A stretch of DNA of 64,000 bases from Candidatus Krumholzibacteriota bacterium (GCA_022711765.1 JAKLEB010000001.1:724694-788693); one strand, 5' to 3'. Shown: positions 10,615 to 20,620, counted from the first letter of the stretch. Notes: a model not told the origin generated them from the letters alone. Numbers and translations: made by a program.

Positions 10615-11034
10615 CTATTTCAGCTCGAACAGGGCCTTCAACTCGCCCCAGGTGCGGACGTCCACATTGGAACCGCCGCAATCGCCCGCGACGCCCGGGT
10701 TGCTCAACAGCGAGGTCACGTTGCCATCGACGTTGCCGTCCCCCCCGACGTCGCCGAGTTCCACGCCGTTGACGCAGGCGTCACCGTCGGAATCCACGGC
10801 CGCCAGGGTCGCGTTCCAGATCCGGCCATTGGCCAGGAAGTCGGACCCGAAGGAGTTCAGGTCGGCCGGGAGCGGGTCGCTCACGTGGCAGATCAGGCAT
10901 TCGAACGGCTCGACCAGCGGCAATTGCTGCAGATCCAGCTCCGTCGCCCAGGACGGCAAGCTGAACCCGATCGCGGCCAGCACGGCCAGCCCCAGGGCCC
11001 GCCTCGCTCGCCGGCAGTCGCCGTAACGAATCAT
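10615..11034 (-). CDS. small secreted protein (139 aa) with a CxxCH heme-binding motif and three Asp-rich dockerin/EF-hand-like repeats
   Basis: Internal Met of ORF 10615..11079. Signal peptide MIRYGDCRRARRALGLAVLAAIGFSLPSWA. CLICH motif. Repeats DSDGDACVNG, DVGGDGNVDGNV and DCGGSNVDV. Has its own consensus promoter (next feature). Confidence 0.6.
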   Translation of the reverse strand: MIRYGDCRRARRALGLAVLAAIGFSLPSWATELDLQQLPLVEPFECLICHVSDPLPADLNSFGSDFLANGRIWNATLAAVDSDGDACVNGVELGDVGGDGNVDGNVTSLLSNPGVAGDCGGSNVDVRTWGELKALFELK

Positions 11035-11077
11035 CGGTGCTCGATCCTCTCGCCGCAAAGCCGGTGCCTCTGCTCCC

Positions 11078-11107
11078 ATTATATCGACCCCTGGCGGCTA
11101 AAGTCAA
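11078..11107 (-). promoter_or_regulatory. near-consensus sigma70 promoter for the small CxxCH gene
   Basis: Transcribed strand reads TTGACT-18 nt-TATAAT, about 40 nt upstream of the ATG, with GAGAGGA in the leader. The -35 overlaps the engB stop codon. Confidence 0.6.
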
Positions 11108-11697
11108 ACACCATGATCGGCGGCTGTCAAGACCGCCGCCACCCAGCCCAGAACCTCGTCGCGGCCCTGCTTGCGGCGGGTCGAGGTCGGCAGGAACGGC
11201 ACGTCCGGCCCGAGCCCCAGGACGTCGATGACCCTCCGGTAATGCTCGAGGCGGGCCGGGGCGCCGACCTTGTCGATCTTGGTGGCAACCAAGGCGAACG
11301 GACGTTCGCTGCGGACGAGCCAGCCGGAGACCTCGAGATCCTGGTCGCTCGGCGCGTGGCGGCAGTCCATCAGGTGCAGGACGGCCAGGGGCCGGTCCTC
11401 CGTGGTCAGGTAGCGCTCGAACAGCCGCCACCACTGGCGGCGCTGCGCCTGGCTCACCCGGGCGTAGCCATAGCCTGGCAGGTCCACCAGGTAGTAGCGG
11501 CCATCGACCAGGTAGTAGTTCAGGAGGCGCGTCTTGCCCGGTTGCCCGCTCGTCCTCGCCAAGCCCTTGCGCTGCAAGAGGTAGTTGATGAGCGAGGACT
11601 TGCCGCAGTTGCTGCGCCCGACGCAGGCGAACTCGGGCAGCACCGGCGCGGGCCGCTGCGCGAGATCCGGGAAACTGCCGACGAAGATCACCTGCAA
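11104..11697 (-). CDS. engB: ribosome biogenesis GTPase EngB (YsxC/YihA)
   Basis: TTG start inferred inside ORF 11104..12216 (LQVIFVGSF...). G1 motif GRSNCGKSSLIN, with G3 and G4 present. Start is 1 nt from the lon stop, the same lon-ysxC synteny as in Bacillus. Confidence 0.8.
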   Translation of the reverse strand: MQVIFVGSFPDLAQRPAPVLPEFACVGRSNCGKSSLINYLLQRKGLARTSGQPGKTRLLNYYLVDGRYYLVDLPGYGYARVSQAQRRQWWRLFERYLTTEDRPLAVLHLMDCRHAPSDQDLEVSGWLVRSERPFALVATKIDKVGAPARLEHYRRVIDVLGLGPDVPFLPTSTRRKQGRDEVLGWVAAVLTAADHGV

Positions 11698-11699
11698 GA

Positions 11700-14051
11700 T
11701 CAGGCCCCGTCGATCAGGGCCAGGTCCAGGACAGTGTCCATGGTCTCGACGAGATGCACGGTCAACTGCTTGCGAATCAGCGGGCTGAGTTCCCGGAATT
11801 CCTTCTCGTTGTCGCGCGGGATGATCAGGTGCCTGGCCCCCGCGCGGACGGCGGCCACGGCTTTCTCGGGCAATCCGCCGATCGGCAGGACCTTGCCGCG
11901 CAGGGTGACCTCGCCGGTCATCGCCACGTCCTTGCGCACCTTGCGGTCGGTCAGCAAGGACACCATGGCCGTGGCCATCGCGACCCCCGCCGACGGACCG
12001 TCCTTGGGAATCGCGCCCTCCGGCACGTGGACGTGGATCTGGTGCTCCTGGAACCAGTCGCCGCCGCGATCCGGGCAGTGGACGCGGGCGTAGCTCAGGG
12101 CCGTCTCCGCCGATTCCTTCATGACGTCCTTGAGGTTGCCCGTCAGGACCAGCTTGCCCGAGCCCGACATCGCGCTCGTCTCGATCTCGAGGATCTCGCC
12201 TCCGGCCTCGGTCCACGCGAGGCCCACGACCACGCCGACCTCCGGATCACGGTCCACCTGCTGTCTCAGGTAGCGCGGGACGCCCAGGTAGTGCGACACG
12301 TTGCGGGCCGTGATCCAGCCTGGATACCGGTCGCGTTCCGCCCGATGCTTCGCCACCTTCCGGCAGATGGCGCCGATCTCGCGTTCCAGGTTGCGCACGC
12401 CGGCTTCGCGCGTGTAGCCGTCGATGATGGTCTGCAGCGCCTTCGCGCGGAACCCGGCGTCCCAGCTCTTGATGCCGCTGCGTTCGAGCTGCCGCGGGAC
12501 CAGGAACCGCTCGGCGATCGCCAGCTTCTCGTGCTCCAGGTAGCCCGGCAGGCGGATGATCTCCATCCGGTCCTCCAGCGCGGGCGGGATCGCGTGCAGG
12601 CTGTTCGCGGTCGTGATGAACAGGACCTGCGACAGGTCGAAATCGACCTCGAGGTAGTGATCCGAGAAGTGCGAGTTCTGCTCGGGGTCGAGGACCTCCA
12701 GCAGGGCCGCCGACGGGTCGCCGCGGTAGTCGGCGCCGAGCTTGTCGATCTCGTCCAGCAGGAAGACCGGGTTCCGCGTGCCCGCCTTGCGCAGCGACTC
12801 GATGATGCGGCCCGGCTTGCTGCCGATGTAGGTACGGCGGTGGCCGCGGATCTCCGCCTCGTCGCGCACGCCGCCGAGGCTGATCCGCACGAACCGCCGG
12901 CCGAGGCTCCCGGCGATGCTGCGGCCGAGACTGGTCTTGCCCACGCCCGGGGGACCGACGAGGCACAGGATCGAGCCCTGCATCTTGCGCGTCAGCTTGT
13001 AGACGGCCAGGAACTCGATGATCCGGTCCTTGACCTTGTCCAGCCCGTAATGGTCGGCATCGAGCTGGCGGCGGACCTTGCGCGTGTCGATGCGGTCGCG
13101 CGAGCGCTTCTTCCAGGGCAATTCCAGCAGCGTGTCGAGGTAGTTGCGCACGACCGTGGCCTCGGGGGACATGCCGGGCATGCGCGCGAGCCGGGACAGC
13201 TCGCGCTGGGCCGCGTCGTTGACCTCCGGCGGCAGATCGCACGCCTTGATCTTCTCCGCGTACTCCTCGACCTCGGAATCCTCGTCCGAGTGGTAGCCGA
13301 GCTCCTTGCGGATGGCCCGCAGCTGCTCGTTCAGGTAGAACTCCCGCTGGTTCTTCTGGACCTGGCTCTGGACCTCGCTGTCGATCCGCCGCTCGATCTC
13401 GAGGATCTCCAGCTCGTCGGCGAGGATCTGGTTGATCCGCGACAGCCGCGTGAAGAGGTTGGCTTCGGCGAGCAACTCCTGCTTGAGCGAGGTCTTGCCG
13501 AGGATGTAGCCGCTGATGGAGTCCGCCATGCGGTCGATCGCCTCGAGGTTCAGCACCGAGAGCAACACCTCGTCAGGCAGCCGCTTGTTGAGCCGGACGT
13601 AGTCCTTGAAGCGGTCCTTGATCGAACGGCTGAGCGCCTCGATCCGCGGTCCCTCCTCCGTCTCCTCCACGCGCGGCGAGACGGCGACCGTCAGGTACTC
13701 GCCGGTGTCGCCGGTCTCGCCGAGGTCCACCCGCGCCAGGCCCTCGACGAGGATCTTCAGGGTCTCGTCCGGCGTGCGGATCACCTGCAGGACCTTGATC
13801 ACGGTCCCGACGTCGTGGAGTTCGTCGCGGCCGGGCTCCTCGATGTCCGCCTCCGTCTGGGCCACGACGCAGAGCAGCTTCTCGGCGACCATGGCGGCCT
13901 CGACGGCGGCGACGGAGGCGGCGCGCCCGACCAGGAGCGGCGTCACCATGAACGGGAACACGACCACGTCGCGCAGCGGCAGTAGCGGCAGGAACGAGGG
14001 GACGGCGTGGTCCTCGTCGTCCCGGTGGATGACGAATTCGCGGTCGGCCAT
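11700..14051 (-). CDS. lon: ATP-dependent protease Lon
   Basis: 783 aa. Lon N-domain, AAA+ Walker A GPPGVGKTS, and protease domain with catalytic PKDGPSAG. Confidence 0.95.
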   Translation of the reverse strand: MADREFVIHRDDEDHAVPSFLPLLPLRDVVVFPFMVTPLLVGRAASVAAVEAAMVAEKLLCVVAQTEADIEEPGRDELHDVGTVIKVLQVIRTPDETLKILVEGLARVDLGETGDTGEYLTVAVSPRVEETEEGPRIEALSRSIKDRFKDYVRLNKRLPDEVLLSVLNLEAIDRMADSISGYILGKTSLKQELLAEANLFTRLSRINQILADELEILEIERRIDSEVQSQVQKNQREFYLNEQLRAIRKELGYHSDEDSEVEEYAEKIKACDLPPEVNDAAQRELSRLARMPGMSPEATVVRNYLDTLLELPWKKRSRDRIDTRKVRRQLDADHYGLDKVKDRIIEFLAVYKLTRKMQGSILCLVGPPGVGKTSLGRSIAGSLGRRFVRISLGGVRDEAEIRGHRRTYIGSKPGRIIESLRKAGTRNPVFLLDEIDKLGADYRGDPSAALLEVLDPEQNSHFSDHYLEVDFDLSQVLFITTANSLHAIPPALEDRMEIIRLPGYLEHEKLAIAERFLVPRQLERSGIKSWDAGFRAKALQTIIDGYTREAGVRNLEREIGAICRKVAKHRAERDRYPGWITARNVSHYLGVPRYLRQQVDRDPEVGVVVGLAWTEAGGEILEIETSAMSGSGKLVLTGNLKDVMKESAETALSYARVHCPDRGGDWFQEHQIHVHVPEGAIPKDGPSAGVAMATAMVSLLTDRKVRKDVAMTGEVTLRGKVLPIGGLPEKAVAAVRAGARHLIIPRDNEKEFRELSPLIRKQLTVHLVETMDTVLDLALIDGA

Positions 14052-14056
14052 GGGGG

Positions 14057-15322
14057 CTAGGCTTCCTTGACGTCCACGTCGGGATCGCCGCTGATGACTT
14101 CCGGCGCAGCGCCCTCGGTCACCGTCTCGCGCGTGATGACCACCCGGCGAACGTCGTCCTGGGAGGGAATCTCGAACATCACGTCACGCATCGCGGCTTC
14201 GATGATCGAACGCAGGCCGCGGGCGCCCGTCTTGCGGCCGATGGCCTCGTCGGCGATCGCCTCGAGGGCTCCCGGCGCGAAGACCAGCTCCACGTTCTCC
14301 ATCTCGAGCAGCTTCTGGAACTGCTTCGTGAGCGCGTTGCGCGGCTCGGTCAGGATGCGGATCATCGACGTGCGATCCAGCTCCTCCGTATGCACGACCA
14401 CCGGCAAGCGGCCGATCAGCTCGGGGATCAGGCCGTACTGCATCAGATCCTGGGGCTCGACCTGCGCGAGGGTCTCGCCGCGCCGCGCGTGATGGTGGCG
14501 CTGCTCCGCCTCGCGGCCGAAACCGAGCGCGCCCTGACCGATGCGGCGGGTCACGATCCGGTCCAGACCCTCGAAGGCGCCACCGCAGATGAACAGGATA
14601 TTCCGGGTGTTGACCTCGAGGTACTTCTGCTGCGGATGCTTGCGGCCGCCCTGCGGGGGCACGTTGGCGACGGTCCCCTCGAGGATCTTCAGCAGGGCCT
14701 GCTGGACGCCCTCGCCGGAGACGTCGCGAGTGATGGAGGGATTGCCGCTCTTGCGCCCGATCTTGTCGATCTCGTCGATGTAGATGATGCCCTGCTCCGC
14801 CGAGGCGATGTTGTAGTCCGCCGCCTGCAGCAGGCGCACCAGGATGTTCTCGACGTCCTCGCCGACGTAGCCCGCCTCGGTGAGCGCGGTCGCATCGGCG
14901 ATCGCGAACGGTACGTTCAGGAACCGGGCGAGCGTCTGCGCGAGCAGGGTCTTGCCAGTGCCGGTATTGCCGATCAAGAGGATATTGCTCTTGTCGATCT
15001 CGACCCCGTCTCGGCTCGCCTTCTGGTTGATCCGCTTGTAGTGGTTGTAGACCGCGACCGCGAGCGAGACCTTGGCCTCGTCCTGGCCGATCACGTACTG
15101 GTCGAGGTGGTCCTTGATCTCGAGCGGCTTCGGGAACTCGGGCGGCGCGAGGCTCGCCTCGTCCATGAACTCGCCCTCGAGGATATCGTTGCAGAGCTTG
15201 ATGCACTCGTTGCAGATGTAGACGCTGTTCGGGCCGGCGACGAGCTTCGCCACCTCGTCCTGGCCGCGCGCGCAGAACGAGCACTTGATCATCTGGGGGC
15301 TGCCGTTCTGCCGCCGCTTCAT
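14057..15322 (-). CDS. clpX: ATP-dependent Clp protease ATP-binding subunit ClpX
   Basis: N-terminal zinc finger CSFC...CNEC, Walker A GNTGTGKT, 421 aa. Start is 5 nt after the lon-adjacent stop. Confidence 0.95.
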   Translation of the reverse strand: MKRRQNGSPQMIKCSFCARGQDEVAKLVAGPNSVYICNECIKLCNDILEGEFMDEASLAPPEFPKPLEIKDHLDQYVIGQDEAKVSLAVAVYNHYKRINQKASRDGVEIDKSNILLIGNTGTGKTLLAQTLARFLNVPFAIADATALTEAGYVGEDVENILVRLLQAADYNIASAEQGIIYIDEIDKIGRKSGNPSITRDVSGEGVQQALLKILEGTVANVPPQGGRKHPQQKYLEVNTRNILFICGGAFEGLDRIVTRRIGQGALGFGREAEQRHHHARRGETLAQVEPQDLMQYGLIPELIGRLPVVVHTEELDRTSMIRILTEPRNALTKQFQKLLEMENVELVFAPGALEAIADEAIGRKTGARGLRSIIEAAMRDVMFEIPSQDDVRRVVITRETVTEGAAPEVISGDPDVDVKEA

Positions 15323-15344
15323 GTTGCCTCCCGGACCTGCCCGA

Positions 15345-15947
15345 CTACTTCTTCTTGGCGTCGATCTCCGAACGACTCTCGATGACCTTGTCGACTAGAC
15401 CATACGCCAGCGCTTCCTCGGCCGACATGAAAAAGTCCCGGTCGCTATCCTCGGCGATCTTCTTCTGGGGCTGGCCCGTGTGCTTGGCGAGGATGGCGTA
15501 CAGCGTGTCGCGGATCTTGAGGATTTCTTTAGTGTAGATCTCGATCATGCTGGCCTGGCCCTGACTCCCGCCCAGCGGCTGGTGGATCATCACCCGGGAG
15601 TTCTTGAGAGCCGACCGCTTGCCCGCGGCTCCCGCAGCCAGCAAAACCGCGCCCATGCTCGAAGCCTGACCCATGCAGATCGTCACGACGTCATTGGTAA
15701 TGTATTGCATCGTATCGTAGATAGCAAGACCGGCCGAGACGCTGCCGCCGGGCGTGTTGACGTACAGGTAGATGTCCCGCTCCGGATCCTCGGCCTGCAG
15801 GTAGAGCAACTGGGCGATGACGAGGTTCGCCACGACGTCATCCACCGGCGACCCCAGGAAAACAATACGATCCTTCAACAAACGCGAATAAATGTCATAA
15901 CCGCGCTCGCCATGGCCCGTCTGCTCCACCACCATCGGCACCAGCAT
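15345..15947 (-). CDS. clpP: ATP-dependent Clp protease proteolytic subunit ClpP
   Basis: 200 aa, Ser-His-Asp triad context ([13 protein letters not shown]). Confidence 0.95.
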   Translation of the reverse strand: MLVPMVVEQTGHGERGYDIYSRLLKDRIVFLGSPVDDVVANLVIAQLLYLQAEDPERDIYLYVNTPGGSVSAGLAIYDTMQYITNDVVTICMGQASSMGAVLLAAGAAGKRSALKNSRVMIHQPLGGSQGQASMIEIYTKEILKIRDTLYAILAKHTGQPQKKIAEDSDRDFFMSAEEALAYGLVDKVIESRSEIDAKKK

Positions 15948-16038
15948 GTCCGCTCCTTTTGACGCGACGTCGCGTGTCCTGATTACCCCGTACTCCAGCG
16001 CCGGTTCCCATCCATGATACAGCGCCGCCGGGCAATCG

Positions 16039-17355
16039 TCAGTCCTGGTCTTCGACCGGCGCCTGGGTGATTTGAGCGCGGGATAGCAGGAAGTCGTACG
16101 TCAACCGCTCTTCCAGGCCGTGCCGGATCCGGTCCTTCTCGTCGCCATGTTCCACGAACTGGCGGTACTTCTCCAGATCGAAACCGTGGTCGGCGGCGAT
16201 CGCCGCGATCCGGGCGTCCACGTCCTCGGCCGAAACCTCGATCTTCTCCTGGCGGCGCACCGCTTCGAGCAGGAACATGCCCTTGATCTGCCGCTCGGCG
16301 ACCGGTCGCGCGGCCTCGCGGTAGCGCGCATCCTCCTGTTCGCTGTCCGGCCGTCCGAGCTGTTCGTTCCGCTGGTGCAGCTCCTGGAGACCCGAGCGCA
16401 ACCAGGCCTCCACCATGCTGGGCGGCACCGGGACCTCGTTGCGGGCGATCAGGCCGTCGAACAGCTGCTCATCGAGCTCCTCCGCGGCGCGCCGGCGGGC
16501 TTCGGCCTCGAGACCCTCCCGGATGCGGCCGCGCAGCTCCAGGAGTGTCTGCCCGTCCTGCAGCCGGGACGCGAAGGCGTCGTCCGCCTCCGGGAGGATC
16601 TTGGCCTGCACGGCGCCGATCCGGCAGTGGAACGTGACCGTGCGGTCCCGCATCGCCGGGTTGGGGTAGTCCTCGGCGTACGTGACGGTGATGTCGCGCT
16701 CCTGGCCCGCCTCCACGCCGACCAGGGCCTCGTTGAAGGCAGGGAGATTCTGCTCCGCGCCGATGACCACCGGCTGGGCGGCCAGTTGCCTGTCCGTGTC
16801 GAGGCTCCCGTCGTCGCGCCGCGGCACGAGGTCCACCACGACCTGGTCGCCGGTCGCCGCCGGGCGCTGCACGGTCTCGAAGATGGCGCGGTTCTCGCGC
16901 AGGCGCTCGAGGACCTGGTCGACCTCGGAGGTCTTGACCTCGACCGCGCGCTCCGTGACCGGCAGTCCGTCGTAATCCGCGGCGGTCACGTCCGGGCGCA
17001 CCTCGACCCGGAGATCGAAGGCCAGGTCCTTGTCCTCGTCGAAGACGAGGTTCTCGAGAGCCGGCTCGGTGATCGGCAGCAGCCGGTGCTCGATCACCGC
17101 GGCGCGGAAGGCCTGCGGCACGAGCGCCTCGAAGGTCTCGGCGCGCAGGCGGCCGCCCACCTCCTTCTCGACGATCGCCGGCGGAGTCTTGCCCTTGCGG
17201 AATCCCGGGCGCTGATGGCCGCGGATCGCGGCGGCGAGGCGACGCTGGTACTGGCGGTTGTACTCGGCGCGAGGCACCTCCACCTTGATCACCCGCACGC
17301 ACGGCTCGGGCGCCTCGACCGCGAGGCGGAACGGAAGGTTGCTCGGTTCGGGCAT
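16039..17355 (-). CDS. tig: trigger factor (ribosome-associated PPIase chaperone)
   Basis: 438 aa. N-terminal ribosome-binding GFRKGK motif. Conserved position upstream of clpP-clpX-lon. Confidence 0.9.
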   Translation of the reverse strand: MPEPSNLPFRLAVEAPEPCVRVIKVEVPRAEYNRQYQRRLAAAIRGHQRPGFRKGKTPPAIVEKEVGGRLRAETFEALVPQAFRAAVIEHRLLPITEPALENLVFDEDKDLAFDLRVEVRPDVTAADYDGLPVTERAVEVKTSEVDQVLERLRENRAIFETVQRPAATGDQVVVDLVPRRDDGSLDTDRQLAAQPVVIGAEQNLPAFNEALVGVEAGQERDITVTYAEDYPNPAMRDRTVTFHCRIGAVQAKILPEADDAFASRLQDGQTLLELRGRIREGLEAEARRRAAEELDEQLFDGLIARNEVPVPPSMVEAWLRSGLQELHQRNEQLGRPDSEQEDARYREAARPVAERQIKGMFLLEAVRRQEKIEVSAEDVDARIAAIAADHGFDLEKYRQFVEHGDEKDRIRHGLEERLTYDFLLSRAQITQAPVEDQD

Positions 17356-17405
17356 CAGGGACCTACCTCACAAAGAGCCGACGCCGCCGGCGCCGGACGC
17401 GGTCG

Positions 17406-17490
<85 letters not shown>

Positions 17491-17526
17491 AAAAAACGGC
17501 CCGAGACGGCCCGGACCTGGCGACCC

Positions 17527-17555
17527 AATGTAGCCCGGCCGCCACACGCGGTCAA
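17527..17555 (-). promoter_or_regulatory. candidate sigma70 promoter upstream of tRNA-Leu
   Basis: Transcribed strand reads TTGACC-17 nt-TACATT, about 40 nt before the tRNA 5' end. A GC dyad plus T6 run (gggccgtctcgggccgtttttt) lies between this promoter and the tRNA, so either the promoter or the terminator-like element may not be functional as named. Confidence 0.35.
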
Positions 17556-17584
17556 GCCGGCGACAGCGGGCCTATCCGCCCGGT

Positions 17585-18952
17585 TCACTTCAGCTTGCGG
17601 TAGATCGTCCGCGCATTGATGCCGAGGATCCTGGCCGCGGTTTCCTTGTCGCCGCCCGTCGCGTGGAGCGTGGCCTCGATGAGCTGGAGTTCGGCCTGGT
17701 AGAGCGGAGTGCCGACCGGAATCACGACCTGCTCGTAGCGCGATTTGCCCGCCAGGACCGTCGGCGGCAATACGTCCACGTCCACGAACGGTCCCTTGCT
17801 GAGCACGACGCAGCGCTCGATGCAGTTTTCCAGCTCGCGGACGTTGCCGGGCCAGCCGTGCCGGCTCAGCGCCTCGACCGCCTGCCGCGTGAAACCGCCG
17901 AGGCTCTTGCCGTTCTTCTGGTTGTAGAGCTGCAGGAAGTAGTGGGCGAGCAGGATCACGTCCTCGCCGCGGTTGCGCAGCGGCGGAAGCTCGAGGTTGA
18001 TCACGTTCAGGCGGTAGAACAGGTCCTCGCGGAACTGCCCGCGCTGGACCCGCGCGGCGAGGTCGGCGTTCGTCGCGGCGAGCAGGCGGACGTCCACCGT
18101 ACGGGTCTCGCTGCTGCCCAGGCGCTCGTAGGTCCCCTCCTGGATGACGCGCAGCAGCTTGATCTGGGTGGTGGGGCTCATCTCCCCCACCTCGTCCAGG
18201 AAGAGCGTGCCCCGGTCGGCGAGCTCGAAGCGGCCGGTGCGGCGCCCGACCGCGCCGGTGAAGGCGCCCGGCTCGTAGCCGAAGAGCTCGGCCTCGAGCA
18301 GGGTCTCGGGCAACGCCGCGCAGCTGACCTTCACCAGCGCCTGCTTGCGGCGGTCGCTCCAGCGGTGGATCGCATCGGCGAAGATCTCCTTGCCGGTCCC
18401 GCTCTCCCCGGTCAAGAGCACGGTCGCGGTGCTGGCGGCGACCTGCCGCGCGGTCTCCACGACCTGACGCATGACGTCGCTGCGGCCGATGATGTCGTGG
18501 CGATCCTGGACTTCCTCCAGCCGCCGGCGGAGCTCGAGATTCTCCGCCTGCAATCGCTGCTTTTCCACCGCCTTGCGCACGGTCTTCAAGGTCAGGGCGG
18601 ACGTGAACGGCTTCTCGACGAAATCGTAGGCGCCCAGCTTCATCGCATCGACGGCGACCTCGATGGTCCCGTGGCCGGTGATGATCACGAACTCGGTCCC
18701 GGGCGAGATGACCTTGCCGGTCCGCAGGAGGTCGAGGCCGCCCATCTTGGGCATCACGAGATCCGTCAAAACCAGGTGGATCTCGTGCTGCCGGAGCAGC
18801 CGCAGCGCCTCCTCGCCGTCGCCGGCGGTGAGCACCTGGTAGCCGTTGCGGGTCAGGAGCTTGCTCAGCGCCCGGCAGAGTTCGGGCTCGTCGTCGACCA
18901 CCAGGACCTGGGGTTCTGGCCCGGAGATGGCGGCGGTTTCGCGGTCGGGCAT
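17585..18952 (-). CDS. sigma-54-dependent response regulator (NtrC family: REC + AAA+ sigma54 activator + HTH)
   Basis: 455 aa. REC domain with DDE..D, AAA+ with GESGTGKE and the GAFTGA motif, C-terminal Fis-type HTH. Confidence 0.9.
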   Translation of the reverse strand: MPDRETAAISGPEPQVLVVDDEPELCRALSKLLTRNGYQVLTAGDGEEALRLLRQHEIHLVLTDLVMPKMGGLDLLRTGKVISPGTEFVIITGHGTIEVAVDAMKLGAYDFVEKPFTSALTLKTVRKAVEKQRLQAENLELRRRLEEVQDRHDIIGRSDVMRQVVETARQVAASTATVLLTGESGTGKEIFADAIHRWSDRRKQALVKVSCAALPETLLEAELFGYEPGAFTGAVGRRTGRFELADRGTLFLDEVGEMSPTTQIKLLRVIQEGTYERLGSSETRTVDVRLLAATNADLAARVQRGQFREDLFYRLNVINLELPPLRNRGEDVILLAHYFLQLYNQKNGKSLGGFTRQAVEALSRHGWPGNVRELENCIERCVVLSKGPFVDVDVLPPTVLAGKSRYEQVVIPVGTPLYQAELQLIEATLHATGGDKETAARILGINARTIYRKLK

Positions 18953-19093
18953 GACGGCCTCCGGGGCGGTTGCGGATGGGCTTGGACAGATTGAGGGGGG
19001 CTGGTCCGGGTGTCAAGACCCGCGGTTTGGAGACACCCGTCTCTTGATGTAGATTGGGCGGATTCACGCGTTCGCCCAGCAAAGGAAGGTACG

Positions 19094-20536
19094 ATGGCAG
19101 CCGCCGACTCCGACTCCCCCGCCGCCGGTCGCGCCACCTGGCGTTTCTCGAGGCCGTTCTGGGTCGCCAACGGCGTCGAGGTCCTCGAGCGCGCGGCCTG
19201 GTACGGGGTGTTCGTCGCGATCACGATCTACCTGAGCCGCGTCCTCGGCTTCAACGACGTGCAGGCGGGCGTGATCTCCGGGCTCTTCTCGGCCGGCCTC
19301 TACCTGCTGCCGACGTTCAGCGGCGCGTACGCCGACCGGATCGGGTTCCGCGCGTCCCTGCTCCTGGCGTTCGGCCTGCTCACGGTCGGCTACGCCAGCA
19401 TGTGGGTGTTGCCGGCGCTGATCGAGGCGGGCGGCCTGGCCGCCTACGGGCGAGAGGTCGAGTTCACGGGTCTCGAGCTCACCTGGTACAAGTGGCTCTT
19501 CATCCCGGTGATGCTGGTGGTGATGGTCGGCGGCTCGTTCATCAAGTCCGTCATCACCGGCACGGTCGCCCGGGAAACCAACGAGATCAACCGGGCGCGG
19601 GGCTACTCGATCTTCTACGCGATGGTCAACGTCGGTTCGTTCAGCGGCAAGACGATCGTCCAGCCCCTGCGCGTGAGCCTGGGCGACGAGGGCCTGATCG
19701 TCCTGAACCTGTACGCCGCCGGCATGACGCTCCTCGCGCTCGTCCTCGTCGCGAGATTCTACCGGGCCAGCCGGCCGGCGCAACGGGCGAAGACCCTCGC
19801 CGAGATCTGGCGCTCGCTGGTCGCGGTCTGCACGCGCTGGCGCCTGCTCGCCCTGATCCTCATCATCACCGGCTTCTGGATGGTACAGGCGCAGCTCTAC
19901 GCGACCATGCCGAAGTACGTGCTGCGCATGGCGGGGGAAGGCTCGGCGTTCTCCTGGTACGCCAACGTGAATCCGGCCGTCGTCGTGCTCACGGTGGCCT
20001 GGATCACCCAGTTGATGCGCCGTCGCAGCGCCCTCGCCTCGATGACGGTCGGCATGTTCATCATGCCGCTGTCCGCCTTCTGCATGGCGGCCGGCAACAT
20101 GATCGCGAGCGGCACCCTGTTCGGCGTCAGTGCGATCGCGGCGATGATGCTGATCGGGATCGCGTTCCAGGGCCTCGCGGAGAGCTTCATCTCGCCGCGC
20201 TTCCTCGAGTACTTCTCGAAGCAGGCGCCGGAGGGAGAGGAGGGGCTCTACCTCGGATTCAGCCACCTGCATTCCTTCCTCTCGGCGGTCTTCGGCTTCT
20301 CGCTCTCGGGAGTCCTGCTGCAGCGGTGGTGCCCGGAGCCGACCACGCTCCCGGACGCCGTCCAGCAGCAGCGGCTGCGCGCGCTCGCGGGCGACGCTCC
20401 CTGGCCGGACGCGTACGCCCACGCCCACTACATCTGGTTCGTCTTCGTGGGCGTCGCCATCGTCTCGGCGGTCGCGCTGATCGCCTTCGGCGTGATCACC
20501 CGCCGTCTCGACGAACGGGCGGCGCGGGGCGCGTGA
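19094..20536 (+). CDS. MFS-type membrane transporter (12-14 TM helices; POT/DtpT-like features possible)
   Basis: Internal Met of ORF 19010..20536, with AAGGAAGG 6 nt upstream. Highly hydrophobic repeated helices. A TTGGAG-17-TAGATT sigma70-like element lies about 50 nt upstream. Confidence 0.65.
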   Translation: MAAADSDSPAAGRATWRFSRPFWVANGVEVLERAAWYGVFVAITIYLSRVLGFNDVQAGVISGLFSAGLYLLPTFSGAYADRIGFRASLLLAFGLLTVGYASMWVLPALIEAGGLAAYGREVEFTGLELTWYKWLFIPVMLVVMVGGSFIKSVITGTVARETNEINRARGYSIFYAMVNVGSFSGKTIVQPLRVSLGDEGLIVLNLYAAGMTLLALVLVARFYRASRPAQRAKTLAEIWRSLVAVCTRWRLLALILIITGFWMVQAQLYATMPKYVLRMAGEGSAFSWYANVNPAVVVLTVAWITQLMRRRSALASMTVGMFIMPLSAFCMAAGNMIASGTLFGVSAIAAMMLIGIAFQGLAESFISPRFLEYFSKQAPEGEEGLYLGFSHLHSFLSAVFGFSLSGVLLQRWCPEPTTLPDAVQQQRLRALAGDAPWPDAYAHAHYIWFVFVGVAIVSAVALIAFGVITRRLDERAARGA

Positions 20537-20561
20537 CCCGGGGGCCGGCCCCGTTCACGCC

Positions 20562-20593
20562 GACGGCCCCGTTTCCGCAGGAACGGGGCCGTC
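20562..20593. terminator. bidirectional hairpin between the convergent MFS and kor genes
   Basis: gacggccccgtt-tccgcagg-aacggggccgtc, a 12 bp perfect inverted repeat, 26 nt after the MFS stop and 28 nt after the korB stop on the other strand. Confidence 0.55.
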
Positions 20594-20620
20594 TCGCTGG
20601 TCGCGGGCGCCGGCGTCGCG

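Noticed and set aside
15948-16038. near-palindrome gacgcgacgtcgcgtgtc between tig and clpP as a terminator
   Set aside because: There is no loop and no U-tract. It is more likely a protein-binding site or fortuitous, and is mentioned only as a pointer inside the tig-clpP-clpX-lon-engB finding.
18952-19094. looked for a sigma54 -24/-12 promoter (TGGCAC-N5-TTGC) upstream of the MFS gene
   Set aside because: No acceptable match seen by eye. Only a sigma70-like element is present, so no sigma54 promoter is reported here.
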